Positions 1-13,200 of a stretch of DNA of 64,000 nt are shown here, one piece after another. Source of the DNA: Cyanophora paradoxa CCMP329 (Eukaryota > Plantae > Glaucophyta). The notes beneath the pieces are model-generated. The model saw only the letters and a list, made by a program, of their open reading frames with translations. It did no database searches and was not told where the DNA came from. The position numbers were made by a program, and so were the translations under genes. The stretch lies in NCBI GenBank assembly GCA_004431415.1, contig QPMI01000416.1:372001-436000 (forward strand), read 5' to 3'. The stretch's first letter is position 1; the number at the start of each line of letters is the position of its first letter.

Positions 1-3000
1 TTGTGGCGAGGGAGAAGGAGGGAGAAAGGCCGGGGGGGACGCGGTCGGCGTTGTCAGACGAGACTTTACCAGATCTAGAGACCAGCATCCGGACGCATCT
101 TGTTTTCTTATCTCATCTTTCTTAGGGCGGCGCGCAGTTCGTCTTAGATCTTAAACCTTGAGCTTACTAAGTTACATATATAAGAGAAGCTCGCTCTAGC
201 GCTCTTCGGGGCGTTCGGCGCACGTTCATGAGGCGCATGGGGAGGGAGGGCGAGGCCTCCTTGACGAGGTGCCCCCCGAAGAGCAGGCTCGTGAAGACCG
301 CCTGCGGGGGTTCGGGGGCTCAGCGGGCTCACAGGCGGAAGGGGGGGGGAGGGGCAGAGGGGCAGAGGGGGGGAAGGGGCGGAGGGGGGGAGGGGCGGAG
401 GGGGGGGGCGGGGGGTGTTGGGGGGGGGGGGGGGGGCTGTGGAGGCAGGCGAACGCTTAGAAAAAATTTCGCATGGGAGTGGCACGCGGGGGCGCATGCG
501 CGCGACGGGGGCGATATTGAGGGAAGAGAAAACGCTTCTATCTGAGGGAAGGGGAGACGGAAGAGGGGGGAGATATATCTATGGACAAACGGAACCCCCC
601 TGTGACAATGCAAAGGAGGCGCCGCTCTGAGATCGAGAGGGGGCGCATTATTATGCGCACGACGGAGGCGATGTTGAGGGAGGAGGAGATGCTGGAGGTG
701 AATGCAGAGGCCGCCTGGCTCATCGCCGCCACCGCCCCCGCCAGCAGCCTGCCCCCGCGCGCGCGCGCACGTTTATAGCTAGTCCGCCAGCTTAAGCTTG
801 CTTAATTGAGATTAAGCCTCGGCTTGAAGGCGGTGGCGAGGAAAGAGCAAGCTTGATCGAGGCCTTGGCTTCAGCTTACTCATCACAAGAGTAAAGAAGA
901 AGCTCGGCTTCCGCTAGATAGGAGGGCAAGGCGGCAGATCTAGATCGGAAGCTTAAGGTCGGAGAGTGGCGGCCAGCGGGCGCGCGTTCATGATCAGTTT
1001 TTACAAGGAATAGTGCTTGGAATAGCCTTCTTAAGCGGCCTTAGAGTTCGAGCTCAAGCTCTATGAAGCTTAGTCCTAAGGCGCTTATATCGGCTAGATC
1101 AGATTAGATCGGCCCGCTTAAGATTCGGGCCTAAAAGGAGCGCACTGCATGTAGAGGAGGGTGGCGAGGGATTAGTGGTGGGCCTAGGCATCTTGATCTG
1201 TCTTAAGCGGCCTTATATTTAGTGCGCACTGCATGTAGAGGAGGGCGGCGAGGAAGGCGAAGAGCTCGGGCCGCAGCCCCGCCAGGGCGTACACGCACGC
1301 CACCAGCGCCGCCACCGGCGGCGCCTGCGCGCGGCCGAGCGGGCGAGGGCGTCAGCGCTCCAAGCTTAAGCTTATACGATGCGAGGTTTTGTAAGGAAGG
1401 AGGAAGCGCGAGTTCGGTTGATGCTATGAGCTCTAATAGCTCTGTGTTTGTTTGCTATAAGTTTCAATACAATAAGTAAATATGGAATTCGGACCCGGAG
1501 GAAGGCGAAGTCGGCATCAAGTTCTATAAGTCGCTACGAGTTCTAAAACTATAAGCTCTAAAAAACTTCTGTTTGTTCTTGAGTTCTATAAAAGTACTTA
1601 AGTTTCCTATCTAAACACGGAATGACTCGGACCCGGAGGAAGGCGAAGTCGGCGAGGGTGCGGGCGGCGGCGTACGGGAGCACGTGGTACATCCCGTCCG
1701 CCCGCTCCTGCGCGGGGGGCGGCTGTAAGCTGAAAGGTGGAAAGGAGGAGGAGATAGGAGGGCGGGGCGGGGCGGGCCTGGGCCAGCAGGGGTCGGTCCA
1801 CCAGTACTGCGCGCCCGTGGTGAGGTGAGGGATTCGATGGCCACGAGTTAAATACATCGGCTACAGCGGGTGCGAGGGCGCACGGGTCTCGATGGTGGTG
1901 AGGGAGTTGATGGCGACGAAGGCGGGGAGAAGAAAGAGGAGCCCGAAGCGGTTCCACGCCCCGTCCGAGTCCATCCCTGGCCCACGTCAGACACTCAGAC
2001 GAAGCATGCGGATCCGGAGAGGCGAGGTCGGGGTCACGGGTAGCCGGGGCGGCAGCCTTAAGATGTCATTGAGCTCGAGCAGCCGTCACGGCGTTCGACA
2101 TATGATTAGCATCTACAAACCGAACTAGACCCCGAGAAGAGAGGCAGTTCCGGAGGGGCAGCCGATGTCACAGGCAGCCGCAGCGGCAGCCTCCATGGCG
2201 TCTAGAAACCAAACTAGACCCCGAGATCGAGAAGAGAGGCCGCACCGAGGCGGCCGCGGTACGTCGCCCCGACGATGAGGCCCACGCCGGCCGAGAGCGC
2301 CAGCTGCACCGCAAGGTCATCATGCCAGAAGTGCTGGTGAGACTTCAAAGAATCCTTAAAAAAAGAGGAAGCGCGCGCGCCTTAAGCCGTTAAAGAAGCA
2401 TCAAAATATATAGGCTTAAAGAAGGGCGCGCGCCTGGGTGGTGATCGCCGATCGGTTGCGGGAGGCGACGGCCCACGAGCGCCGCAGGAGGGCCCGGAAC
2501 TGCGATCCGGGGCGAGCGATAACTTAGTAATTGAAGGAAAGAGCGGTTAGGACAGATGAAGTGAAGGCGCTCGGCTATAAGCTGAGTTCTCTATTAGATG
2601 AAGCCGCGAAAGGCTCACAGCGAGCCCCAACACAGTTCCGGGCAGGCCCCCCGCCGGCCCGCAGGCCCCCTCCGGGCCCCCCCGGGCCCCCCTGAAGGTA
2701 CCAACCTGCAAGGAGAAGGGGGCGGGGCCGAGGGGCCACTCCCGGTCCTCGTCCGTCGGCTCGATGACGGCCTCCGGGCCCTGCGCGGGCGAGCGCGAGT
2801 CGGATCGAGGCGGATAGAGGCGGAATTGATAGGAGGCGCGGCTCGTGTGCAGCCATCCATTGATAGGAGGCATCCATAAGCATCCAAGCGAGCGCGAGTC
2901 GGATCGAGGCGGAATTGATAGGAGGCGCGGCTCGTGTGAAGCCATCCAAGTAAACTTCAGGGCTCGTGTGTATGAGGCATGCATTCGCCTCGAGTCGGAT

Positions 3001-6000
3001 TGACGCGGCGGGTCGGGAACGCCTCTAGATCTAGATCTTGTTCGGCGAAAGAGCACTTTATAAACGAGCCGCGCCTAGTCTCAAACGAGTCGAGTCGGAT
3101 CGAGGCGGCATGCAAGGCGGGATCTTAATCTGTATGGCGCGGCATCTTAAGGCGGGAAGCTTAAGCGCACCCCGCGGTCGTTCCCGGCGCGGGGGGCCGC
3201 GTCGGGGGGCCCGCCGTGCGCGTCGGCGAGGCGCCCGATCGCCGCGTCGGGCAGCCGCCCCATCACGTCCACTGCGGCGAAAATCAAACGAGCGAGTCGG
3301 GGCAAAGGTGGAGAGACGCGGTGCAATGTATCACAATGAGATGGTTTAGGGGCTTCGTTTTTAAAGCGACGCGGGGCGGGGCGCGCACGGAACGCGTCGG
3401 CGAAGGTTCCGGAGCCGTCTTCCTGCGTGCGCGAAGCCCTCACATTCAGAGGCGAAGAAGGGGAGAAGAGGGGGGTGAAGGGGGGGGGAAGAGGGGGGAA
3501 GAGGGGGGGGGGGAGGTAGGTCGCGCCTCTGCGTCGTCGCCCCCGCCGCCGCCGCCGCCACCACCGAGCTCCTCGCCCCCATTCCCCATTTCTCCCCTGT
3601 CCCCCGCGCCGGTCTGCCCCGCCCTGGCGCCCACGCCCCCGCCCGCGCCGACGCCGAGCTCGGCGTCTGGCCTCGCCTCCTGCAACACCACCTGCGTGCG
3701 CCCCATAAGTCAAGGAACAATCTAGATCTCGCCTGGAGGCGGGAATGCGGGGAGGAGGCGGGACAAATAACGGCAACGAAGCCGCCTGGAGTCTTCTAAA
3801 GCCGCAAGTTTTGTGGGGGCAGATAATAATGAAGCGGCTCGCCTGGAGGCGGGCGGGGGCCTCGGAGGTGGGCCCGCTGTAGAGAAGGCGCCCGCGGCAG
3901 AGAATCGCCGTCCGGTCGAGCATCGCCAGCAGCGAGGCACGCGGCTGCGCGGCGGACCGAACGCGGAAGGTAAGAAGAAAGAAAGACAGAAACAGCGACG
4001 AAAGGCTTTCAACAAGTTAAGAAGCTTAAGTTAACAACAAGCTGAGGAGGGCAGCGGAAGGTCACAGCACTGGAAAGGTCTTTAAAAAGCTAACGAGATA
4101 TCAAGCTAGCGGGGAGGCGGGCGAGCGTTCACCTGGTGGAGGGTGAGGACGACGGCGGCGCCGTCGCGGCGGGCGACCGCCCGCAGAAGCCGCATCGCCC
4201 GCTGCGCGTTGTACGAGTCCAGGCCCCTGCGCGGACGCGGGGAGGAGACGCTTCAGTAAGGGAGGTTCGAACGGAGGTTGGGGGGGCGGGGGTACGAGGT
4301 CGGCTCGTCGAGGAAGAGGAGGCGCGGCTCGAGCACGAGGCGCGCGGCCAGCGAGACCCGCAGCCGCTCCTGCGGCCGGGTCAGGCAGGTTGCTAGGGTT
4401 ATGCCAGGTAGATTTGAAGGGGACGCGGAGGAGGAGGGATCGTAGGCTAGGCAGCTGAATATCGTCGTTCGGCACCGTTTTTAACATCGTTTAGATATGT
4501 TTTCGCATTGGAGGGCGCGGGCGCACGCCGCCTGAGATGCCCGCGTGGCCGACGCGCTGCCGGGCGAGGTGCGCGATGCCGAGCTGCCTCAGCGCCCGCT
4601 CCGCCCGCTCGGCCGCCAGCGGCGGCGCGAGCCCGAGCCCCACGGCCGCCGCGAAAGCCACCGTCTCCAGCGCCGTCAGCGGCTCCGCCAGCGGATCCTG
4701 CTGCGGGACGTACCTGATGGGAGGTACAGGTTCGATTTGAGAGCGGGGGGGAAGAAGAAAGGGGGGTACGCGCACGCGGAGACGGAGCGGAGGCGCGCCA
4801 TGGAGGCCGGGGAGCCGTCGAGGAAAACGGTACCCCGGAGGCGCCCCACCGTCTTGCGGCCCGCTGCGGCCGGTCCGCGGATGAGAAGGGGGGGGGGGAG
4901 GAAGGAAGAGCAGCAGGGGGGTACCGAGCATGGCAAGAAGCGTCGACTTGCCGCCGCCTTGGGCAGGGAGAAGTGAGGAGGGGGCTACAGTGACAGGCGG
5001 AGAGGGGGGTACGAGCTCACCCGACTCGCCGATTATGCCCAGCATCTGACCTGAGCGGACCTCTCCCCACGCCCCGGACAGAACGGCGCGGCCGGCCGCC
5101 GGCCGCCGCCGCCAGAGGCGCGCGATGCCACTTGGGCGATCCTCGATCGTGCAGGACAGGCCCTCGAAGCGAAGCGTCAGCGGGCCCTCGCCGGTACCCC
5201 CCTCCTCCTCGTCCACCGCTGCGGGGGGGTACGTGCTCAGCGTGGGGATGGGGTAGAGGGGGAGGGGGCGCGGGAGAGACGCACATTGGTACCCCTTCCG
5301 AGGGCGGGGGCGGAGAAGGTCTACCCAGGCGAGCAGGGGGGCGAAGAGGGCGGCGGCGACGCGGGAGACTAGGGACTGCTTTCCGGGGGTACGGGACCGG
5401 GAGGGGGGTAGGAGCAGCCAGGGGATAGCGGCGAGGGTGGCGAGGGCGATAAGGATGGGGGGTACAGCGCGGATCCAGGGGGATACTGCGCCGTCCCCGG
5501 TCAGGAAAGGGAAGGGGGTGTAGAAGCCAGGAAGGGGCGTGCATGTGGGATCCGAAGAAGGGATGAGGGAAGGGGGAGGGCGGCTGTCCGACCACTCTGC
5601 GCGAGGCCTCTCAGTCTGCTTCCCGAGGGAAGGGAGGGGGAAGGAGCCGGGGGTACCAGGGGGAAGGACTAGCCCAAGTCGCTCCGAGACGCACTGCCCC
5701 GTACCCCGGCACGTCATTCGCCGCTCGTGCTGGAGTTCGTCCTCTGGGTGTGTGTGAGAGGGGGGTTCAGGGGGGTACGCGTTCGCGCCGGGGCCGGGGG
5801 TACGGCTCACGGAAGATGGTGCAGGTCGAATCCTTCGGATCGCAGACGATGCGCGCGTCGCTGCGAGCCGGCTCGGAGGGGCGGGGGGGGGGAAGAATCG
5901 AGGGGGGTACACGCGCCTGCGGACGCGGCGGAGGTACCGCGCGAGTCCGTCCTCGCAGCCGCCGGCGGCGCACGTGCACCGCGTCGCCTCGCAGCGAACC

Positions 6001-6661
6001 TCCAGCTGGTCATCCAGCCTGCCGGCTGCGCGCGGGGCGGCGCGTCGGCGGGGGGGCGTGCGGGCGGGCGGCCGCGGGCGGGGCGGCGGGCGCACAGAAG
6101 GCGGGAATGGTGCAGGCGGTGAGCTCGCATGAGACTAGAACCTGCCAGGAACCGGGGGTGGCGCCCGCGGCTGGCTGCATAACTGAACGAAGCGCGCGAG
6201 TGCGAGTCAGGAAAGGTTCGTAGCCCGTTCGAATCGCGCGCGAGGGCCCCGGGCCGCGCACGCTTCATGCTGCACTTCTTATCGTCCCGAGAGCAGCCCC
6301 AGACCTGCGGTGGCGGCTCGGGCGGCGCGGCGGGGCGCCCCGGTCACGAGCGAGGGGGCCGACACCGGCGCACGATTTGGTCGTGCATATAGATCTCTTC
6401 CAGCGGCTGGCACTCGAACGTGGCCCGATCGCCGCCGAAGAACACGCCTCGAGCGCACGTGTGGGCAGCCTCCGGGCAGCCCTGGGCGCCGCTGCAGAGC
6501 CCGCACTCCGCCCCGGCCCGCCCCGCCGGGCATTCGCATCGTTCGCAAGCTGGGTCCAGCGCGGAGCCGGCCGCACACTGCAGACCCGACGTGCCGGGAC
6601 ACGCCGCGCTGGCGACGGTCGCGGCGAGGAGCGCGACGAACACGACAGCCGCGACCTTCAT
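1..6661 (-). CDS. ADP1: Multi-exon ABCG half-transporter with N-terminal signal peptide and Cys-rich EGF-like ectodomain (ADP1-type); 3' end lies beyond the left edge
   Basis: ATG at 6661 gives MKVAAVVFVALLAATVASAACPGTSGLQC...CECPAGRAGAECGLC. Spliced exons give a TM segment (ILIALATLAAIPWLLL), Walker A (GIIGESG|GGKSTLL), Q-loop (YVPQQD), signature GISGG|ERLRVSLA, Walker B LFLDEPTS|GLDS and H-loop LTLHQ. ABC2-membrane exons follow (WNRFGLLFFLPAFVAINSLT; ERADGMYHVLPYAAARTLADFAFLRV; SLLFGGHLV). Architecture matches yeast Adp1. Confidence 0.85.
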
Positions 6662-6812
6662 CTCCGCCGTCACACCGCCCCGGCTGCCCGCGGGCGCGCT
6701 CTTGCGGCTGGAGCTAGCCGCGGTCTTCGTGCGCCCGCCTGTCCGCTCCGCGGGAAACCGCGGCCCGCTTCTTCGTTTCTTGGAGGGGTACGCGGCCGTC
6801 TGCTGGGCGAGA
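6662..6812. promoter_or_regulatory. Very short divergent (bidirectional) promoter region
   Basis: Only 151 bp separate the ATG at 6661 (minus) from the ATG at 6813 (plus). Confidence 0.55.
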
Positions 6813-9363
6813 ATGCGGGAGTTAATCCTGTGCCTCGCGCTCGGCGTCTTCGCGGTTGCGGCCGCGGGCGAGCTCGTGCCCGTCGGCGTCTCGGCGCGCC
6901 TGGGCGTCGTGCCGGTGACGAGCAATGCGCGCGAACTGGTTCTGCTCGACCTCGACCTCCTGCCCGTCCCCGGCGGCCTGCAGGTCCCTTTCGACGCGCT
7001 CGACAGGCTCAACGTCACCGCCGAGCTCGGCCTCGACGCCGCCGCGCTCCGCTCGAGCTCCGCGCCCTTTCTGAGCGCCCCGCTGCGCTTCTTCGCAACC
7101 TCGCGCCTCGAGATCGACATGCAAGGGATCCCCGAGACCGTGAAGTCCCTCGCCGGACGGTGCGCCTCCGCCGGGAGCACGCGCCGAACACTCTCCCCGA
7201 ATGCCTCAGCGCTCAGCGCCGCCCGCGCAGGCTCGTTTACGAGGACAAGGCCACGGGGGCGCTAATGGAGGTCGCTTCCTTCTCCGTCGCCCTTCCCCGG
7301 TCCGTCCGTCCGACCTCCCAAAACCTGATCGCCATCCCTCCGTCGACGTCTGACTTTGGCGCGCTCGCTCGCTCGCTCGGCAGGGCGCGCCCCGGCGACG
7401 GCGAGGCCTGCGTGAAGACGAGCTTCGACGACGGTCGCCTGCGATTTGATCCGCCCGCGCCGCGCGCGCGCCTCCCGACGCTCCCGTTCCTCGCCGAAGT
7501 CCCCCTCGCGGCGGCCGCCGCCCCGCGCCTCGCCGCCTCCGCCGGCCTAAACGCCGTCCTCCTCCGCCTGCCCTCCGACTCCGCCGCAGGCGCGCGCGCG
7601 TGCAGCCGGCTTTGCCGCGTCGCGTCCGACGTACCCCCCGCAGACGTCTCGCTCGCCCTCGCTGCAATGGACGCAGCCGCTGACGCCGGCGTCGGGTGCG
7701 TTCGTACCCCTCCTGATCGGTCCTTACTCATCTGAGCCCGCCCGCAGCGTCCTTCTGAGCGTCGATTTCGCTCCCTCCAACTTTTCGACATTCTCCTCCG
7801 ACCTAGTTCGAATCCCGCCCGATCCCAGTCGTCCCTAGTCCCACCGTACCCCTCCCCCAGGTACCCCGATTCCGCGGCCGCCCCGCGCTCCTAGGCTGGC
7901 TGTCTGGTACCCCTACCCGGCTGAACGCCGTACCCCTCCCTTGCCCGCCTTACCTCGACGCAGGCGACAATGTCCGCGCGGCCCTGGTCTCATCGGATCC
8001 CTGCCATCCCAGTGCGCCGTACCCCGTCCCGATCCGACCCTTCCTCCGGGGGTACCGGCGCGCTGACCCTGCGCAGCCCTCCGTCCCGTCTCGGCGTTCG
8101 ATTCCCCAGCGGTCCTTTTCGACGCCGGCGCCTCCACCCGCGCCCCGCTCCTCCTCACCGCCGGCCCCGAGTCCGGCCTAAGGTGCGGTATCGCCCTGTA
8201 TCGGATTTCCCCCCCCCCCCGTCCTGACGCGCGGGCGCCAGGGGGTACACGGAGCGGCTCGCTGTGGCCGTCGACGCGTTTCCCCCGCGTACCCCCTTCT
8301 GGGCGGAGATCCCCGTACCCCCGGTCCAGGAGGGGGTCAAGCCCGACGTGCGCCGCCGTTCCCTGTACTCGTCCAGCACCGCGCCCTTCCCTGAGCGGCG
8401 TACCCGCCTTTCGCAGGCCGGGCTCTGGCTGGCTAAGGCTGCATCGGCCCTCGTGGCCGGCGCCACGGGGGTATACGCCTCGGGCTCCCCCGACTCGGCC
8501 GCCGCCGCCGCCGCACTAGGACCCGCCATCGCCGTGAGCCCATACCCCCTCCGCGATTTCGCGTACCCCTTTTTAAAGCTTCCGGGTAGGAGGCGGTGGC
8601 TGCGGGCGGACCGGCGCTGTCGCACGGGGCCCGAGCCGCCTGCGGAACAACGGGGGGGGACTGTGTCTGGGGTCCCGAGGCCGGCCCCGGCCTCCTCGCC
8701 GCCGCGTGGCGGTACCCCCCGGACGGGGCCGCCCGCCCCGGGTACCTCGTCATCGCCATGAACCCTTCCGACGCCCCCGCGCGCCTCTCTGTATCCCTCC
8801 CCGCCCTCGGGTTCGCTCCCCGTACTCCCCGCGACGATTTCCGCTGAGCATCGTACCCCGGCAGCTCCGACAGCTCCCCCCGGCCCCTTTGCTCGGCCGG
8901 CCGACTCGATCCCACCACTCTCGAGTGGGCCTGGGAGGACGTGCCCCTGGAGGGGTACACGATCTCCGACCCCCGGCCCCTGGCCCCCGGCGAGGTCCGC
9001 GCCTACTCCGTACCCCCCGAAGGCGAGCGGCCCGGGGCAGGCGGCGCGCCCGGCGCCACCCCCTCGCCGACCCCGCCCGCCCCGTCCCCGTACCCCTCCC
9101 CCGCCCCCGCCCCCGAGGGCCCCGGCAGTGAGAAGCGGGAGCCGCCGGCGCCGCCTGCGCCTTCGCCGCCTCGCCACAGCGGCGTTGCCATCTTCTTCTT
9201 CGTCCTCGCCGTGGCGACGGCGGCGGCCGCCGCGGCACCCCTCGCCCTCCGCCTCTGGCGCGCGTACCGAAACCGCGCGGTGGGGTACCACCCCATCCGC
9301 TTCGACGAGCGCTCGGCGCTGTACCCCGAGCCCCAGTCGCCCCTCTCCCCCGTCAGCCCGTAG
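6813..9363 (+). CDS. Multi-exon type-I membrane protein of unknown function (signal peptide, lumenal domain, Pro-rich linker, TM, short tail)
   Basis: MRELILCLALGVFAVAAA signal peptide; GT-AG introns. Last exon encodes a Pro-rich linker, the hydrophobic segment VAIFFFVLAVATAAAAAAPLAL, a basic stop-transfer (RLWRAYRNR) and a YHPI (YxxPhi) tail; stop at 9361-9363. Confidence 0.65.
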
Positions 9364-10215
9364 TCAACAGCATGTGACAGATCGTACGTCATGTGACCCT
9401 GCAGTCTGCAGAGGGCCTGTACAGCATGTGCGCTCGAGTCATGATGTGACAGTCTGACAGATCTAGAGTCTTGTTATGCAGAGCTAGCCTAGTAGCACGT
9501 GCACGCTGGTTTCGCGGCTTTGCTTATAATAAGTAGCTAGCCAGGTACTTTATTTCGCTGCACTGGGCCGTCCGACGGTCGCGTCTTAGCTACATATAGA
9601 TTCCGTCACGACCGTCACGGCGTCACGCGTACAGCCTCTGCGGCGGTCACGCCGCCGCTGATCAATGTATATGCATTTAAATTCGATGATGGCGCGCGCG
9701 ACGCGTTCGATATCCAATCAGGCAGGTGCGTGCACGTGGTGGCTAGGCGGCAGAATCGCATGCGCAGGCGATTCTTATTTCTCGCCGCCGCCCTCCCGCC
9801 GCGCCCTCCCCCCGCCCCCCAGATCTCCAGATCGTTTCTGAACATGTACATGACACACTGATAGAGTTTCGATTTCAATGTTTCAAGCACTGATGGTGAT
9901 TGCATTTGAGCTGTTATATGCCGAGTCCATAACAGAATAACATAAACTAATCATATCTGCTGCACAGGAAAGACGGGCGCGCGCGTGCAGCCCCGCGCTA
10001 CGGACCGCCTCCCGCCCCTGGATCGCCACGCTGGGCGACGCGCCGGTCGCTGCTGCTAGTCCATGCCGAGGTGACAGAAGGAAGAAGAATTACGTACTGA
10101 TAGAATTTCAACGTTTCAAGCATTAATGGTAACTGTAATTGTGCTGTAAAATGCCGATTTCATAACAGCATATGGGTAGAATATCCTAATCATGGGACCG
10201 CGCACACGGGCCTAG

Positions 10216-13200
10216 CTAGTCCATGCCGAGGGGCCGGGGGCTCGGGGGCGGCCCCCGCGCCCGCTCCCGCGCCGCCTCCAGCAGCCACTCCTCCGCCTCG
10301 TCCGCCTCCTGAGAGACGGTCGCGGGCCGGGGCGGCGTCAGAGAGTGAATCAATCACATAACGAACGCCAGGCTGTCAGAGGGCACTAAATTTTAAACTG
10401 TCGATGTCTCAAGCGGCTTAAGAGAGGTCAGCTGCAGATGGGAGCAGCCGGATGATCTGTTCATCTATTAATTTTAAACGGCGTGACTGAGCCGTCCATG
10501 TCCGCGTCGCAGCGAAGTCCATGGCGCCGCCAGAGAGTAAATTGACGAACGCCAGTCCGTCAGAGGGCGCTAAACTTTCGATCTCTTAAGCGGCTCACGA
10601 GAGCGGTCGGCGCCGAATTCGAAGCCGGCTAGGATTACAGAATCGATCTCGAAGCGGAAACCAGCGTCATCGTATATTCTTAGCAGCCCGGCGCGGGCCG
10701 TCGTCGTGCGTTTCTATTATAAACTATAAATTATAATGCGTCGTGCGTCGTCGCAGGCCGGTATATGTTATATTTCTAAGCGGAAACCAGCGTAACCGTA
10801 TATATATTCTAAGCAGGCCGGCGCGGGCGCGGGGGGTCGCGGGGGCGCACGGTGAGGTCGCGGGCGCGCTGGAGGGCGCCCCGCGCCGCCTCGAGCTCCC
10901 CGCCGCACTCCGCCAGCGCCGCCCCCGCCGCCGCCAGCGCCGCCCGCACCGCCGCCTGCGCACGCGCGCGTGCCGCCCGGTCAGCCGTTCCCCTCTATGA
11001 TTGGGTTTTCAATGTAACTTAATTGGGCCTTCTATCGCAAGAGAGGCGGCGGCGGGGCAGCTTTGGTTTAGGGCACCTGGGCGCTCGCCGCCTGCGCCAA
11101 AAAGTCCAGTAGGGGTACCGCCTCGGCCGCCCCCTCCTCCGCCGGCGCCGTCGGCTCTGCCGCCGCCTCCGAAGCCGAAGCCGCCGCCGTTCCCTCCGAC
11201 AGCAGCGCCTCCGCCTCTGCCACGAGGTCCCCTTCCGCCGCGGCCGCAGCCGCAGGCGCCGGCGCCGGCGCCTCTGCCGCCGGCGCGCCCTCCGCCGCCT
11301 GTCCCCCTCGCCCGCCCCGCCCCGCCCTCGGCCGCCCGCCGCTCGGCCGCCCGCCGCGCCGCCTCGCGCGCGTGGTGCCGCCGCGCCGCCGCCGCGAGGG
11401 AGCCCAGCGCCGCCGTCGCCGCCCTCGCCAGCTCGGCCTTGGTCGCCACGGTGCCCTCGCCCGCGTGCTCGGGGAAGGCTACGGAGGCCGAGAGGTCGGG
11501 GAGCGCCGCCGCCGCCGCCGCCGCCGCCACCTGCCGCCCCGTAAGCCTTCTACCTTGCACGATTTTCTCAGAGCGCGCACCTCTGCCGCGAGCTCGTCGG
11601 AGAGGGGCCGGGCCCTCGGGTCCTCGCCCGCCAGCTCCGCCTCGTCCTGCAGCGCCGCCGCCATCCCCTCGAAGGACGACGCCGCGGGGGCGGCGGCCGA
11701 GCCGTCTCCGCCGCCTCCGCCGCCGCTGGAGGCCGCCGCCTCCGCCCCCCCCTCTTCGGAGCCGGCGGCGGCCTCGGGTACGACTGCGGTGAAAGCCGAC
11801 TCGGCGGCAGCCATTCCGCGGAGCGACTCGAGCGCCGCGGCCGCCCGCCCCAGCGCCCCGTGAACCGGCTCCAGCGCCGCCTGCCGTAAACGGAACCAAT
11901 TAAATCCAATAGGGCCCAATGTGACTCAAACCTTAATCTGTTAATTAATTACCTGGCGGGCCTGGAGCCCCCCGATGCGGTCCGCCAGCTCGCCCATCCT
12001 CGCCTCCCGCTCCTGCAGGACAGAGAGGGCGCATCAGACTCCAGCGAGCAGCGCTTCCAGTGAGAGAGACTTGTGTGCTTCGAGATCGAGGCAGCGGCCC
12101 AGCGCCTCTAACATAGTTAGAATAGTACCGGCCTCAAGTGCCTCTGGAAGCCTAAACTGAAAACGTTTCTTAGAAGCTTTCGCTCGGGCGGATATCGAGG
12201 TAACAGTTGAGGAGCTCGCGGCGGACGGCGGCCTCGCTTCCAATTCGAAGCTCTTCTTAGAAGGCTTCTTCTTAGAGCTTATATTAGAGCTTAAAAGTCT
12301 CCAAACTTAGTGCCGACTAAAAGGGCTTCTTATAGATTAGAAGCTCTGGCAGCGGGACTCTAACATTCGAACAGAACCGGCCTTAAGTGCCTCTAATAGC
12401 TCATATAAAAAGACTTCTGAGAAGCTCATATAAAAAAGACTATAAAGGGACCTCGAGGTAGAGGCCGAGGCGCTTTAGAGCAACGGCTTTAAGTGCCTCT
12501 AATATACTTATAAATAAATAAACAGAGACGGTTTCTTAGGTGCTTAAGCTTAATCTTATTAAGCTCAGAGGGACCTCCAGGTAGTTGTCGAGGCTCCCGC
12601 GGCGGGCGGCCTTAAGTGCCTCTAATAGTCTCTACAGATTAATGAAAAGAGCGGTTTAATTTCTTAGGTGCCTAAGCTCAAGCTTGTATTAAGCGGACCT
12701 CGAGGTAGAGGTCCAGGCGCCCGCGGCGGACGGCGGCCTCACTTCGAAGCTCTTCTGAGAAGGATTCTTCTTCTTCTAATAAGCTCTTCTAATATATAGC
12801 CTAAACTAAAAAGGTAGAAGTTTCTTAGAAGCTTTCGCTTAGGCGGACCTCGAGGTAGTGGTCGAGGCGCCCGCGGCGGACGGCGTTAAGTGCCTCTAAT
12901 ATACTAATAAATAAATAAAAGGAGCGGTTTCTTAGGTGCTTAAGCTTAAGCTTATTAAGCTTCCAGTGAGAGAGACTTGTAACTTCAGATTTGAGCATTC
13001 CAGCCTTAGGTGCCTGAACTTAAAAGGCTTCTTAGAAGCTCTGGCTCGGGCGGACCTCGAGGTAGTTGTCGAGGCGCTCGCGGCGGACGGATGCCTCGCA
13101 GAGCTCCATGTTCTCCCCCGCCGCCTCCCGCACGCTCTGGGCGGGAGAGAGTGCGTGATGTGAGGTGAGGCCGCAGGGGCCGGGGCGCGGGCGGAGCCTA

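Noticed and set aside
6813-9363. Heparanase/GH79 assignment for the membrane protein
   Set aside because: Only vague motif resemblance; catalytic residues could not be located.
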